This document shows, one piece after another, positions 11,888-21,183 of a stretch of DNA of 64,000 nt. The stretch's first letter is position 1. Each line of letters starts with the position of its first letter. The position numbers and the translations under genes were made by a program. The notes beneath the pieces were generated by a model that worked only from the letters and a program-made list of their open reading frames with translations, ran no database searches and was not told where the DNA came from. The stretch covers positions 1 to 64,000 of the forward strand of contig CAVQNG010000004.1 in the NCBI GenBank assembly GCA_963713825.1, written 5' to 3'. The DNA is from an uncultured Acidobacteriota bacterium (GTDB lineage: Bacteria; Acidobacteriota; Thermoanaerobaculia; Multivoradales; JAHEKO01).

Positions 11888-12511
11888 TCAACGCAGATGG
11901 CTTCTAGGTTCTTCGAGTCCCTCCACAACTTCCACCAATCGCTCTTCCAGGGCTCCCAGCCCTGACGGGCTGGACTTCGAGAGGAAGATCCACCGATTTG
12001 GCGATCTCCTCGGCTTTCCGCTCCAGTGCCTCATTCGGCTCCTGCTGTAGATAGACCATGCGCTCGAAGCCAGCGAACATCGTCGCGGTGTAGGAATCCC
12101 GCCACTTCGGATCCGTGTCGGCCAGGACGGTCGTCTCCCAATGACGCACCAGATAGTCGGTGATGAAGTAGGTCCCGGCACGGTCATGGGTGAGGCTTGT
12201 AAAGCTGGCACCGGCATACATCTCGTAGCAGTGCGGACCCGGGATCCGACTGACGCCTCGCTTCTCTAGCAGCTGATCGAGCGCCCCGGAGGTCCCACAG
12301 TCTCCGTAGACCAAGACGACCTTGTCGTACTTCCCCTCGAACGGTCCAACATCGATTCGACAGATTCGAGGATCCGAGGTGGCTGCGTGTGATGTCTCGC
12401 CGGGACGCCGTAGAAGTCGACGGACCAACCACGCTTGTCCGCGACCTGCTTGGCTTCCTTCATGAGCGCACCACAGACCACAAGTGCCAGCGGCTTGCGC
12501 TCCTGACCCAA
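11888..12511 (-). CDS. DUF1638 family protein, frameshifted
   Basis: LVVCGALMKE..H..P, YDKVVLVYGDCGT, GPHCYEMYAG, GTYFITDYLVRHW; typical neighbour of corrinoid methyltransferase genes. Confidence 0.75.
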
Positions 12512-12545
12512 CTGATGGGTCTGGCGAGCTGGCCGCGTGAGTCGT

Positions 12546-14369
12546 TCAAGTGCCTTCCTCCAGCGGGAAGCTCAGCTCGGTGAGATAGCGATCGTTGAAG
12601 TCCAGCATGGCTGAGAGCTCGACGTACTCCACTCTCGAAGGGATGTCTCGGGCCATTCGACGCTCCCGGAACGACAAGAGTGCCATCTTGGCTCCCTCGA
12701 GGGCCGTGTTACCCACCGATCGGATCTTCTCCAGATCGACTCGCGGAACGAGACCGAGGGCCCTGGCGCTGCGCGGGTCGATGGCAGAACCAAAAGACCC
12801 CGCCAGGTCAACCTCGTCGAGCTCGTCGATCCCAATCCCAGCGGTTTCGAGCAGCACCGCTACGCCCGTGCTGATGGCTCCCTTCGCCGCCTGCACCTCA
12901 CGAATGTCCACCTGGGTCAGCAGGACACTTTCAGCAAGTCGAAAGGCCCGGACTCCGTCGATCTCGACCAGGTTCGATACCAGAGGATGCTCCGAGACTT
13001 CATTCGGTCGGCGAAGGCGACCACTCGACTCGAGAAGACCGACTCTGCCCAGCTCGGCAATAGCCTGGATCAGGCCCGACCCACAGATTCCCTTCGGTGC
13101 TCCCTGTCCGACAACACTCAGGTCCACCTGATCACCCAGCACGACTTGGAAGATGGCCCCTTCAGAGGCCATCATGCCGTCACGGATTCGACCGCCTTCG
13201 AAGGCTGGTCCGGCCGGCGCCGAGCACGCCCAGACTCCCTTGGAGGTACCAAGAGCCATCTCACTGTTGGTGCCGATGTCGATGAAGAGACGGTTGTCCT
13301 CGGAGCGAAGTAGATCGGTGGCGTGAAGACCGCCAACGGTGTCAGCTCCCGCATAGGCACCGATAAAGGGCAGGGTCTGGACCCGAGCTTTCGGGTGGAT
13401 GGCGAGCTTCAGCTGCGCTGCTTGCAGATCCTGCTCACTGCTGAATGTAGTCACAAAGGGTGCCAGAGCAATGGGTTGCGCATCGATGCCCAGCAACAGA
13501 TGCAGCATCGTCGGATTGCCAACCACCACGGCCTGACAGATCTGACGCTCGTCGATCCCCGCCTCGTCGGCAAGTTGGATGATCAGCTGATTGAGGGTCT
13601 CGAGAGCTGCGATCTGCATCTCCTGACGACGGGTATCGCTGTCCGTCGTGTAGGCGATGCGCGAGATGACATCCGCCCCGAAGACGGCCTGGCGGTTCAA
13701 GAGCGATTTCTCGACCAGGACCTCGCCCTGCACCAGGTCGAGGAGGCTGCCCACGACCGTCGTGGTGCCGAGATCGATCGCCAGCCCGAAGCATCGGGAG
13801 GTCGTATCGCCAGGCTCCACGCAGACCAGGTGCTCATCACAGATCGTCAGGGTTATCTCGGATCCGGAGTCCTGCAGGAAGTCACTCGCTTGTTGCACCA
13901 CGTCGGGTGTGAGCTCGACCGAGCCGAGCCCCGAATCGGCGAGCACTCTTCGCAGCCCCCGGTCCACGACCTCCGCCGCGTGCTGCGAACTGCCAACGGC
14001 CAAAGTGACTGGTAGCTTTCTGACAGCCGGCTCGACTGCTACTGCCCTTCCCTTGCCTGCGATGGCCGACAACGGCATTCGCATGGGCTCGGGCACCAAA
14101 CACTCCAGGTCCTGGTGGGCTTCGGCCCTACAGGCGATCCGCCACCCTTCGCTGAGCTCCACTGGAGTCAGCCATTCCTGATCAACCGCATGAATGGGGA
14201 ACTCGTTGTCGCCGAGTTTCACTCGACAGCGACCACAGGTTCCGACACCACCACAAGTCGAGTCGATGGGAAGATCGACCCAGTGGGCAGCCACGAAGAG
14301 CGTGGTGCCTCGGGAGACTTTGGAAACCAGACCTTCCGGCAAGAAGGTAACCTGGACCTCGTCTGTCAC
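12546..14369 (-). CDS. ASKHA-domain reductive activator of corrinoid proteins (RACo/RamA-like) with N-terminal 2Fe-2S domain
   Basis: CGGVGTCGRC..RIAC 2Fe-2S motif; AIDLGTTTV; FGADVISRI; IDIGTNSE; SAPAGPAFEG; GICGSG. Confidence 0.9.
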   Translation of the reverse strand: MTDEVQVTFLPEGLVSKVSRGTTLFVAAHWVDLPIDSTCGGVGTCGRCRVKLGDNEFPIHAVDQEWLTPVELSEGWRIACRAEAHQDLECLVPEPMRMPLSAIAGKGRAVAVEPAVRKLPVTLAVGSSQHAAEVVDRGLRRVLADSGLGSVELTPDVVQQASDFLQDSGSEITLTICDEHLVCVEPGDTTSRCFGLAIDLGTTTVVGSLLDLVQGEVLVEKSLLNRQAVFGADVISRIAYTTDSDTRRQEMQIAALETLNQLIIQLADEAGIDERQICQAVVVGNPTMLHLLLGIDAQPIALAPFVTTFSSEQDLQAAQLKLAIHPKARVQTLPFIGAYAGADTVGGLHATDLLRSEDNRLFIDIGTNSEMALGTSKGVWACSAPAGPAFEGGRIRDGMMASEGAIFQVVLGDQVDLSVVGQGAPKGICGSGLIQAIAELGRVGLLESSGRLRRPNEVSEHPLVSNLVEIDGVRAFRLAESVLLTQVDIREVQAAKGAISTGVAVLLETAGIGIDELDEVDLAGSFGSAIDPRSARALGLVPRVDLEKIRSVGNTALEGAKMALLSFRERRMARDIPSRVEYVELSAMLDFNDRYLTELSFPLEEGT

Positions 14370-14373
14370 TGAA

Positions 14374-15214
14374 TCACTTCCGGTGCGCCTTGATCCAGTT
14401 CATACCGTACTCGTCGCGGGCCAGGAGCAAGTCACAGGCCATCAGTGTCATCGGGGTTTCGGGCACCAGTGGATTGGTGATCGCGGAAGTCAGGCCTGCC
14501 GACATCGCCAGCGCCAGGAACGAGGTAGTTGATGATCTTGCGCCCCGGCAGGCCGAAAGAGATGTTCGAGGCGCCGATGGTCATGTTGTTGCCGAGCTCC
14601 TGGCGAACCCGACGGATTGTCTCCAGAGCGACAACGGCCGCTTGCGGCTCGGCGCCCACAGTCATGGCGAGCGGATCGATGAGCACATCCTCTGGCGGGA
14701 TTCCGTGGTCCGCAGCCCGCTCGACGATCAGCTTGGCGATTCGGAAGCGCTCGTCTGGGTCCATCGAGGGACCGGCCTCGTCGAACGCCAGGCCGATGAC
14801 GGCCGCTCCCCGCTCCTTGATCAGAGGCAGGATCCTCTCGAGGCGTTCCTCCTCACCATTGACCGAGTTGACCAACGGTTTTCCCTGACAGACCGGCAGA
14901 GCCGCGGCCAGCGCGGAGTCCATCGCCGAGTCGATGGACAGCGGCGCTTCGGTCAGCTCCTGTACCAGCTCGACGAGACCCACCAACATCTTGGCCTCGT
15001 CCGCACCGGGTACGCCGGCATTGACGTCCAGCATCGCCGCTCCGGCCTCGACCTGGGAGACGGCATCCTGTTCCACCGTTGTGAAGTCTCCTGCCTCGAG
15101 CTGTGCCGCCAGGACCTTGCGCCCGGTGGGGTTGATCCTCTCGCCGATGATGACGAAGGGCTTGTCGGGGCCGATGACGACCTTCTTGCTCGCTGATTCG
15201 AGAACAGTATCCAT
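14374..15214 (-). CDS. Pterin-binding methyltetrahydrofolate:corrinoid methyltransferase (AcsE/MtgA-like), one frameshift near 14525
   Basis: IIGERINPTG, GAAMLDVN, PLSIDS, LVNSVNGE, DPLA, GASNISFGLP; the C-terminus continues in another frame to ..MNWIKAHRK*. Confidence 0.88.
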
Positions 15215-15252
15215 TCGTGCCTCCCCCGGCTTGGGAGCTAGAGCTTCTAGGA

Positions 15253-15900
15253 TCAGGCGGCCACTTGTGTCAGTTCCAGAGCCACCCGCACGGCTTCGGG
15301 AGCGTTGGGCGCGTAACCATCCGCACCGATCCGATCTGCCCACTCCTGGGTCACCGGAGCACCGCCCACCATGACTTTCACATTGGCGCGCAAGCCGGCC
15401 TCTTCCAGAGCCTTGATGACATTCTCCTGCTCGGGCATGGTCGTGGTCAGCAGGGCGCTCAGACCGATAATCTTGGGCTCGAGCTCTTTGACCGCCTCGA
15501 TGATCTTCTCGGTTGGAACGTTCTTCCCCAGGTCGTGAACCTCGAGACCGACGGTCTTCAACATGGCGCCGACGATGTTCTTGCCGAGGTCGTGAAGGTC
15601 ACCCTTGACCGTGGCGATGATCGCCTTGTCACTGACCTTGCGGTCGGCCTTGGCCAGCAGGGCAGGCTCCACGAGCTCGCTGCAGCGCTCGAAGATTCCG
15701 GCCGCGGCTACGACTTCCGGAAGGAAGGCCTCACCGCAATTCCATCGGCGACCAAGCTCCAGCAGAGCCTCGGTCATCCCGGACTCCAGGATCTCCTCGG
15801 GCTCCATACCTGAGTCGAGTAGATCCTGCGTTGCCGCGAGGGCGGTCTCTTCGTCGATCGTCAGAATGGCTTCCTGCAGACTCTTGAGCAAATCACTCAT
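15253..15900 (-). CDS. Corrinoid (B12-binding) methyl-acceptor protein (MttC/MtgC-like)
   Basis: TVKGDLHDLGKNIVG (DxHxxG), LSALLTTTM, VMVGGAPVT. Confidence 0.92.
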   Translation of the reverse strand: MSDLLKSLQEAILTIDEETALAATQDLLDSGMEPEEILESGMTEALLELGRRWNCGEAFLPEVVAAAGIFERCSELVEPALLAKADRKVSDKAIIATVKGDLHDLGKNIVGAMLKTVGLEVHDLGKNVPTEKIIEAVKELEPKIIGLSALLTTTMPEQENVIKALEEAGLRANVKVMVGGAPVTQEWADRIGADGYAPNAPEAVRVALELTQVAA

Positions 15901-17375
15901 CTTCGTTCCCTCCATCGCCTTGCTCGAAAGCATCGATGATACGGAGAATTTCATCCTCCACCCCGTCATCGAGGGGAGGGGGTTCATGAGTACTCAGTAG
16001 GCTCCGAACACGCTCGTTCGCCAACTCCTGTGGACCCGGTTGGCCAGCGCTCTCCCAATCCTCCCAACTCAGTCGATCAAAGAGCTTGGGCATCCACTGT
16101 TGTCGCATGTTCTGGAGTGTGTGCTTGTCGCTGAGGTAGTGGCCACCTGGCCCCACCGACTCGATGACTTCGGCGATGGAGTCGGAGAGGGACATGGCCG
16201 ACGTGTCTGTCAAATAGTGCAGGAGATTGAAGATCTCGGCATCCAGCACCATCTCGGCCAAAGAGTAGACCCGAGCTCCGAAGAGCAGCCCGGCGCCGCA
16301 CATCAGATCGGCACCAGCCAGCACACTCGCGAACCCCGACAAGCCATTCTCTAGTCCCGCTTGCCAGTCCGGAATCTTCGAGCCGGTGGCGAAGGTACCG
16401 ATGCTCGAGGGGACGCCGTAGTGCCGAGCCAACTGCGCCGACTGCCATCTGCAGGTAGAGATCCTCGGGACCACCGCAGGCGGCGGCTCCCGATCGCAGG
16501 TCCATGACCGTAGCGCAACAGCCGTAGAAAGTTGCAGCACCCGGGACCAGAGCCTGTAGGGCCGTGATTCCGGCCAGAATCTCGGCATTGGATTGCACCA
16601 ACGTGCCAGCCGCCGTCGCGGGCCCAGTGGCACAGGAGATCGGCATGACGACGAAGCCACAGGGAACGCCTGCCTCCGCATAGACCTGGGCCGCCTCCAA
16701 AGCACCCGCCTCGTACATCAGGGGACTCAAGCTGCACTCGAAAGCCGAAATGATCGGGCGCTGTCGAAGAGCCTCGCTGCCACCGGCTACGACTCGGGCG
16801 ATCTCCACCACTCCCCGAGCTACCTCCGGCGTGACAGCCGTCATCATCTGGATGTGTTTGCCGCTGTTGGTGAACTGGGCATGCAGCTCGTGCAGCGACT
16901 GCGACTTCCGGGGCACATCTCGAGCCGACATCGGCTGCCAGAGGATGCCGATCTCTGGAAGGGCATCGGCGAGCCGCATGGCCAGCTCCAGATCCCCCTT
17001 CGTCGAAGGACGACGTTCCCCCGTTTCATGGTCGAGGATCTCAGCCGCACAGCCATCCACGGCAAGGTAGCTGTGGTGGCCGTCGATGGACAGATCGAAA
17101 TCCGGTACGCGGGCTGCCAGGGTATAGGTTCGAGGAGCCTGTTCGAGGGCTCCTTCGACCATCTTCGCCGGCAAGCGAACTCGCTTCGCTGACAAATCCA
17201 CATCGGCCCCGGCGTCGGCGAGGGCTCGACACATGGCCTCTCCTCCGACGCCGACACCGACCTTCTCGAGAACGGCGATCGTCTGGTCATGGACCGCTTG
17301 GAGCGCCTCCGACGTCAGCGCCTCCGCCTGCAGTGTTCTGGGTAGTGAGCGAATGCTCGGAGCCTTTGGAGTCAC
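15893..17375 (-). CDS. mttB: MttB-superfamily (non-pyrrolysine) corrinoid methyltransferase, paralog 2, single frameshift near 16440
   Basis: VHDQTIAVLEKVGV, CATGPATAAGTLVQSNAEILAG, ATGSKIPDWQAGLE, VGPGGHYL; strong ribosome-binding site before GTG 17375. Confidence 0.9.
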
Positions 17376-17508
17376 AGTAGTCCCCCTCCTCCTGAGAACC
17401 GGTGAAGCCGCGCAACCAGACGCGGTTGCGAGCATGACAAAGCAAAGTGTATTTATCAAGCATTATTTTCTTGCAAAGTGATACGCAAATTCGCTAGATT
17501 GAAAACAA

Positions 17509-17967
17509 ATGCACGAAATAGACGCTACCGACCGTCAATTAATCAGCCTACTGCAGCGCGATGGGCGCATGGCCTACAGCCAGCTCGCAGCAGAAGCCGG
17601 CATTTCGAGAGCCGCAGCAACGTCTCGAGTGCGCTCGTTGATCAAGCACGGCGTTCTCGCCATTGTTGCCGCTACGGACCTGATGGATCTCGGCTACCTT
17701 GTCAGGACGATTCTCTGCAAGGTCGAAGGCGCCTCGCGGCAAAAGGCTGCGCGACATCTGGCTGCCCTTCCCGAAGTCACCTATTGCATCATCGGCGCCG
17801 GTACCGCCGATCTGCAGCTGGAGATCGCCTGCCGTGACCGGGAGCATCTCACCGAGGTTCTCGAGCGGATCGCAGCAGTCGAAGGGGTGAGGATCGCGGA
17901 GACCTTCGAGTTCCTGGAGATGGTCAAACAGTCCTACGGCTGGGAAGTGCCACCGCCGGAGGACTAG
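17509..17967 (+). CDS. Lrp/AsnC-family transcriptional regulator
   Basis: IDATDRQLISLLQRDGRMAYSQLA HTH plus RAM domain; divergent from the mttB operon. Confidence 0.9.
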   Translation: MHEIDATDRQLISLLQRDGRMAYSQLAAEAGISRAAATSRVRSLIKHGVLAIVAATDLMDLGYLVRTILCKVEGASRQKAARHLAALPEVTYCIIGAGTADLQLEIACRDREHLTEVLERIAAVEGVRIAETFEFLEMVKQSYGWEVPPPED

Positions 17968-18001
17968 GCGGTGGATCAGGTCCACCGCAGTCCTGGGACT
18001 T

Positions 18002-18067
18002 GGGGCTTGAGGGTTGAGGCGTCCGTCGTACCTCGGGCCGGTTCTTTGGGGGCTTGAGGCACTGAGG
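18002..18067. repeat. Degenerate ~47-bp repeat unit upstream of the Rieske gene
   Basis: GGGGCTTGAGGGTTGAGGC..GCCGGTTCTTTG then GGGGCTTGAGGC; similar units occur at 19239-19338. Confidence 0.55.
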
Positions 18068-18125
18068 TCTAGTTCCCAACGCAGCAGCGGGAATCGTCGA
18101 AAAGAAGACAGGAGACGACCAGAGT

Positions 18126-19238
18126 ATGAACAAGCGGACCGCGCATGGAGCCACCATGCTCGAGCAGAAGTACTACACGTCAGAGGAGGTGTTCCAGACG
18201 GAGATGGATCTCATCTTCACAAGGCAGTGGCTCTTCGCCGGGCACTTGAGTCAGATTCCAGAGGCTGGGGACTACTTCCTGTTCGAAATCGGCGGCGAGA
18301 GTCTGATCATCACGAGAGACCGTGAAGGCACAGTTCGGTCCTTTTTCAATATCTGCCGACACCGCGGCGCCAGAGTGTGCACCGAGACTGCTGGCACCTT
18401 CGTAGGTGGCATCCAATGCCCCTACCACGCCTGGACCTATGCCTTCGACGGAGGGCTCATGGGCGCCCCCCATATGGAAGAGGTCGACGGCTTCGAGAAA
18501 GGCGACTACCCTCTTCGACCCGTCTCAGTTGCGGTCTGGGAAGGCTTGATTTTCGTTAACCTGGCCGCTGCCCCAGACCCCTTCGACGAGTCGTTTGCCC
18601 CCCTGATGAACAAGTTCTCCCAGTGGCGCCTCGCCGAGCTCGAAAGGGTCCACCAGACGGTGTACGAGGTCGAAGCCAACTGGAAACTGCTCTTCCAGAA
18701 CTACTCCGAGTGCTACCACTGTCCAAGCGTGCATCCGGTGCTCAACAAGCTGACTCCGTATCGGAACAGCACCAACGATCTGGATGAAGGACCTTTTCTC
18801 GGCGGCCCGATGAAGATGTCGATGGCCGGCGGCAGTATGACGATGAACGGCCAGCGCTGCGCTCTGCCTCTCGGAGAGGTCTCGGGAGAGGACCTCGACC
18901 TCGTCTATTACTACACGATCTTCCCCAGCCTCTTTCTCAGCTTCCATCCCGACTACGTTCTGGTACACCGCGCCCAGCCCATCGCCGCGAACCAGACGAG
19001 GATCCTCTGCGAGTGGTTCTTCCATCCTGAAGCCATCGGGGAACCCGATTTCGATCCCAGTGGCGCAATCGAATTCTGGGACCTGACGAATCGCCAGGAT
19101 TGGCACCTATGCGCGATCTCCCAGCAGGGAATCTCGTCCCGTGGCTACGTCCCCGGGCCCTACTCAGAGATGGAGAGCCAGCTTGCAGCTTTCGACCGCG
19201 AGTACCTGAGCGTCATGGGGCATACGCCCCACGACTAG
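18126..19238 (+). CDS. Rieske non-heme iron oxygenase alpha subunit (GbcA/Stc2/choline-monooxygenase-like group)
   Basis: CRHRG..CPYHAW Rieske motif; ANWK..ECYHCPSVH and QD mononuclear Fe motifs; C-terminal PGPYS. Confidence 0.9.
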   Translation: MNKRTAHGATMLEQKYYTSEEVFQTEMDLIFTRQWLFAGHLSQIPEAGDYFLFEIGGESLIITRDREGTVRSFFNICRHRGARVCTETAGTFVGGIQCPYHAWTYAFDGGLMGAPHMEEVDGFEKGDYPLRPVSVAVWEGLIFVNLAAAPDPFDESFAPLMNKFSQWRLAELERVHQTVYEVEANWKLLFQNYSECYHCPSVHPVLNKLTPYRNSTNDLDEGPFLGGPMKMSMAGGSMTMNGQRCALPLGEVSGEDLDLVYYYTIFPSLFLSFHPDYVLVHRAQPIAANQTRILCEWFFHPEAIGEPDFDPSGAIEFWDLTNRQDWHLCAISQQGISSRGYVPGPYSEMESQLAAFDREYLSVMGHTPHD

Positions 19239-19395
19239 AGGGTTGAGGCGGCTGTCGCTTGCTCCAGCCGGTCCTTGAGGGCTTGGGGGTTGAGGCATCC
19301 GGTGCGTTGCACCAGCTGATCTTTGAGGGCGTGGGGGAACGCCGGCTCAAAACTTTATTTTCCCTGACCCTATGCCCCTAAGCCCTTAGGCCCCA
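19239..19395. repeat. Degenerate ~47-bp repeats plus an 8-bp tandem array
   Basis: AGGGTTGAGGC..GCCGGTCCTTG / AGGGCTTGGGGGTTGAGGC..GCTGATCTTTG / AGGGCGTGGGGG; then CCCTATGC CCCTAAGC CCTTAGGC. Confidence 0.6.
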
Positions 19396-19440
19396 TAGAA
19401 GTGCTGGGTGGTTCAATCAGGTTCCTCTCTTCAGTGATAC

Positions 19441-19469
19441 TTGACATACTGTTTCACACACAGTATGGT
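19441..19469 (+). promoter_or_regulatory. padR promoter with overlapping palindromic operator
   Basis: TTGACA(19441)-N17-TATGGT(19464); perfect inverted repeat CATACTGT-N7-ACAGTATG at 19445-19467. Confidence 0.7.
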
Positions 19470-19481
19470 AGCTCACCCAGC

Positions 19482-19832
19482 ATGAGCCCTTCGGCGAAAT
19501 CGGTGACCGACAACCTGGTGGCAGAGCTCCGACGAGGTGTTCTCGTTCTGGCGATCCTGACGCAGTTGGAGGACGAGCACTACGGCTACGCCCTTCGAGA
19601 GAACCTGTCTCAACAGGGGCTGAAGGTGCCCGAGGGGACGCTCTATCCCCTTCTCCGCCGACTCGAAACGCAAGGACTCCTGGAAAGTCGTTGGCAGCTC
19701 GGAGAAGGGCGGCCACGGCGGTACTACAAGACTTCCAAGGCGGGTCGGAAGACACTCGCCGGACTGACCAAAGAGTGGATCTTTCTCGAGAATGCCCTGA
19801 AACGCATTCGCCAGGGACAATCAGGGAGCTGA
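19482..19832 (+). CDS. PadR-family transcriptional regulator
   Basis: ELRRGVLVLAIL, YGYAL, EGTLYPLLRRLE, RPRRYY. Confidence 0.92.
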   Translation: MSPSAKSVTDNLVAELRRGVLVLAILTQLEDEHYGYALRENLSQQGLKVPEGTLYPLLRRLETQGLLESRWQLGEGRPRRYYKTSKAGRKTLAGLTKEWIFLENALKRIRQGQSGS

Positions 19833-19834
19833 CC

Positions 19835-20845
19835 ATGGAACTCATTGACCGCTACCTCCACGAAGTGTCGGCCTCGCTACCACGAAAGCTCCGCAAGGAT
19901 GTCGCCACTGAGCTGCGATCGACTCTCGAAGAGACTCTCGAGGCACGCCGCGATCGGTATCCTGCGGAAGACCCTGAAGACTCGGCGGTCGCCGTGCTGA
20001 AGGACTTCGGCCCTCCCAGAGAGCTCGCTTCGTCATATCAGCCGAAGGCGGACTACCTCGTAGGCCCGACGCTCTACCCCGCGTTCCGCACCACGATTCG
20101 TGTCTGCCTCTTCGGTCTCGTGGGCCTGATCCTTCTGGGGATCTTCACTGGTCTCGGAGATGGGCCACTACCCGTGAAGCGGCTGTTCGACAGTCTCCTC
20201 GAGTCTTTCGACAACTTCTTGACTGCCTTGTTGACTCTGATCGGTCTCGTGGTGGTCGTGTTTACCGTTATCGAACGGGCCTCCGGGGAGTCTCGGACTT
20301 CTGGCGTCGATTGGGACCCTCGGTCCCTGCCGAGTGAGAACGACCCCAACCGGGTCAATCGAGTGGCCATGACTTTCCGTCTGGCCGCCCTGATGCTCCT
20401 CTTCTACCTGGCCAACTTCGAGTCCCACAGGTTGGTCGGGTCCTTCCTCACCGATGGAGACAAGAGTGGCTGGGTGCCATTCCTCGGGGCTGGCTTTCGA
20501 GAGAGCCTCAATCTGCTGAACCTGGTTCTCGTCCTCGATATAACACTCGGCATCTGGGTCCTGCGGAAAGGCCGATGGCAGTCGCTCACCCGCTGGCTCG
20601 ACCTCGGAACGACGGTTCTGTTTGCCTATTTCCTGTTTCGAGTCGCGTTCGGACCGAGCCATGTCGAAGTCGATCCTCAGTGGATGGTTCAAAACGGCTG
20701 GTCCGCCGAAGCAGCGGCGCGGTATGTGAACCTCATCAACGAGACGATTGCACCGATGTTGGCCATCGCCCTCAAAATCGGCTTCCTGGGCACCTGCATC
20801 GGTGCCGTGATGCAGCTCAAGCAGCTATTGGTTGGCACGCGCTAG
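19835..20845 (+). CDS. PadR-associated membrane protein with HAAS-like N-terminus
   Basis: MELIDRYLHEVSASLP..VLKDFGPPRELASSY followed by several TM helices; directly downstream of padR. Confidence 0.75.
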   Translation: MELIDRYLHEVSASLPRKLRKDVATELRSTLEETLEARRDRYPAEDPEDSAVAVLKDFGPPRELASSYQPKADYLVGPTLYPAFRTTIRVCLFGLVGLILLGIFTGLGDGPLPVKRLFDSLLESFDNFLTALLTLIGLVVVVFTVIERASGESRTSGVDWDPRSLPSENDPNRVNRVAMTFRLAALMLLFYLANFESHRLVGSFLTDGDKSGWVPFLGAGFRESLNLLNLVLVLDITLGIWVLRKGRWQSLTRWLDLGTTVLFAYFLFRVAFGPSHVEVDPQWMVQNGWSAEAAARYVNLINETIAPMLAIALKIGFLGTCIGAVMQLKQLLVGTR

Positions 20846-20988
20846 CTTCTCTGCTCCTCGAGGTTCGACAACTCGAACCTCGGGCCTTGGCACCTTCCAA
20901 GGCCACCATTCGTTGCTAGGCAACCTGGTCCCTGACCAGGCTTCGAGAGGCTTTGCACCCCTTCTTTTAACTTTCTGACGATTGGCAC

Positions 20989-21125
20989 TTGACAAAACGT
21001 GCAAAACATTCATATAGTTCATTTGGCTCGACGAAGAGCAAGACAAACAATTCACTAAGCAACTTGACGATCCCACCAATGAGAACTCGAAAATCAGTCG
21101 ATACCATGAACATTCAAAACATTCA
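20989..21125 (+). promoter_or_regulatory. Carotenoid-operon promoter with 9-bp tandem repeats (candidate operator)
   Basis: TTGACA(20989)-N18-TATAGT(21013); the spacer is AAACGTGCA AAACATTCA; a second pair GAACATTCA AAACATTCA lies at 21108-21125. Confidence 0.7.
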
Positions 21126-21183
21126 ATCTGGCATCTCGACATCACGCAGCCAAGACGGAGTCGATCAACCGGAGGTGAACATC

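Noticed and set aside
10404-17375. Pyrrolysine (TAG) recoding in the mttB genes
   Set aside because: The breaks are frameshifts, not in-frame amber codons; sense codons occupy the Pyl position and no pyl genes are present in the window.
18002-19340. CRISPR array interpretation of the conserved/variable repeats
   Set aside because: The repeats are too degenerate and too few, the variable parts are only ~18 nt, the block is split by a gene, and there are no cas genes.
20989-21183. 65-aa N-terminal extension of crtN in the ORF track
   Set aside because: It starts at the TTG of the -35 box and covers promoter and operator DNA; GGAGG supports ATG 21184.
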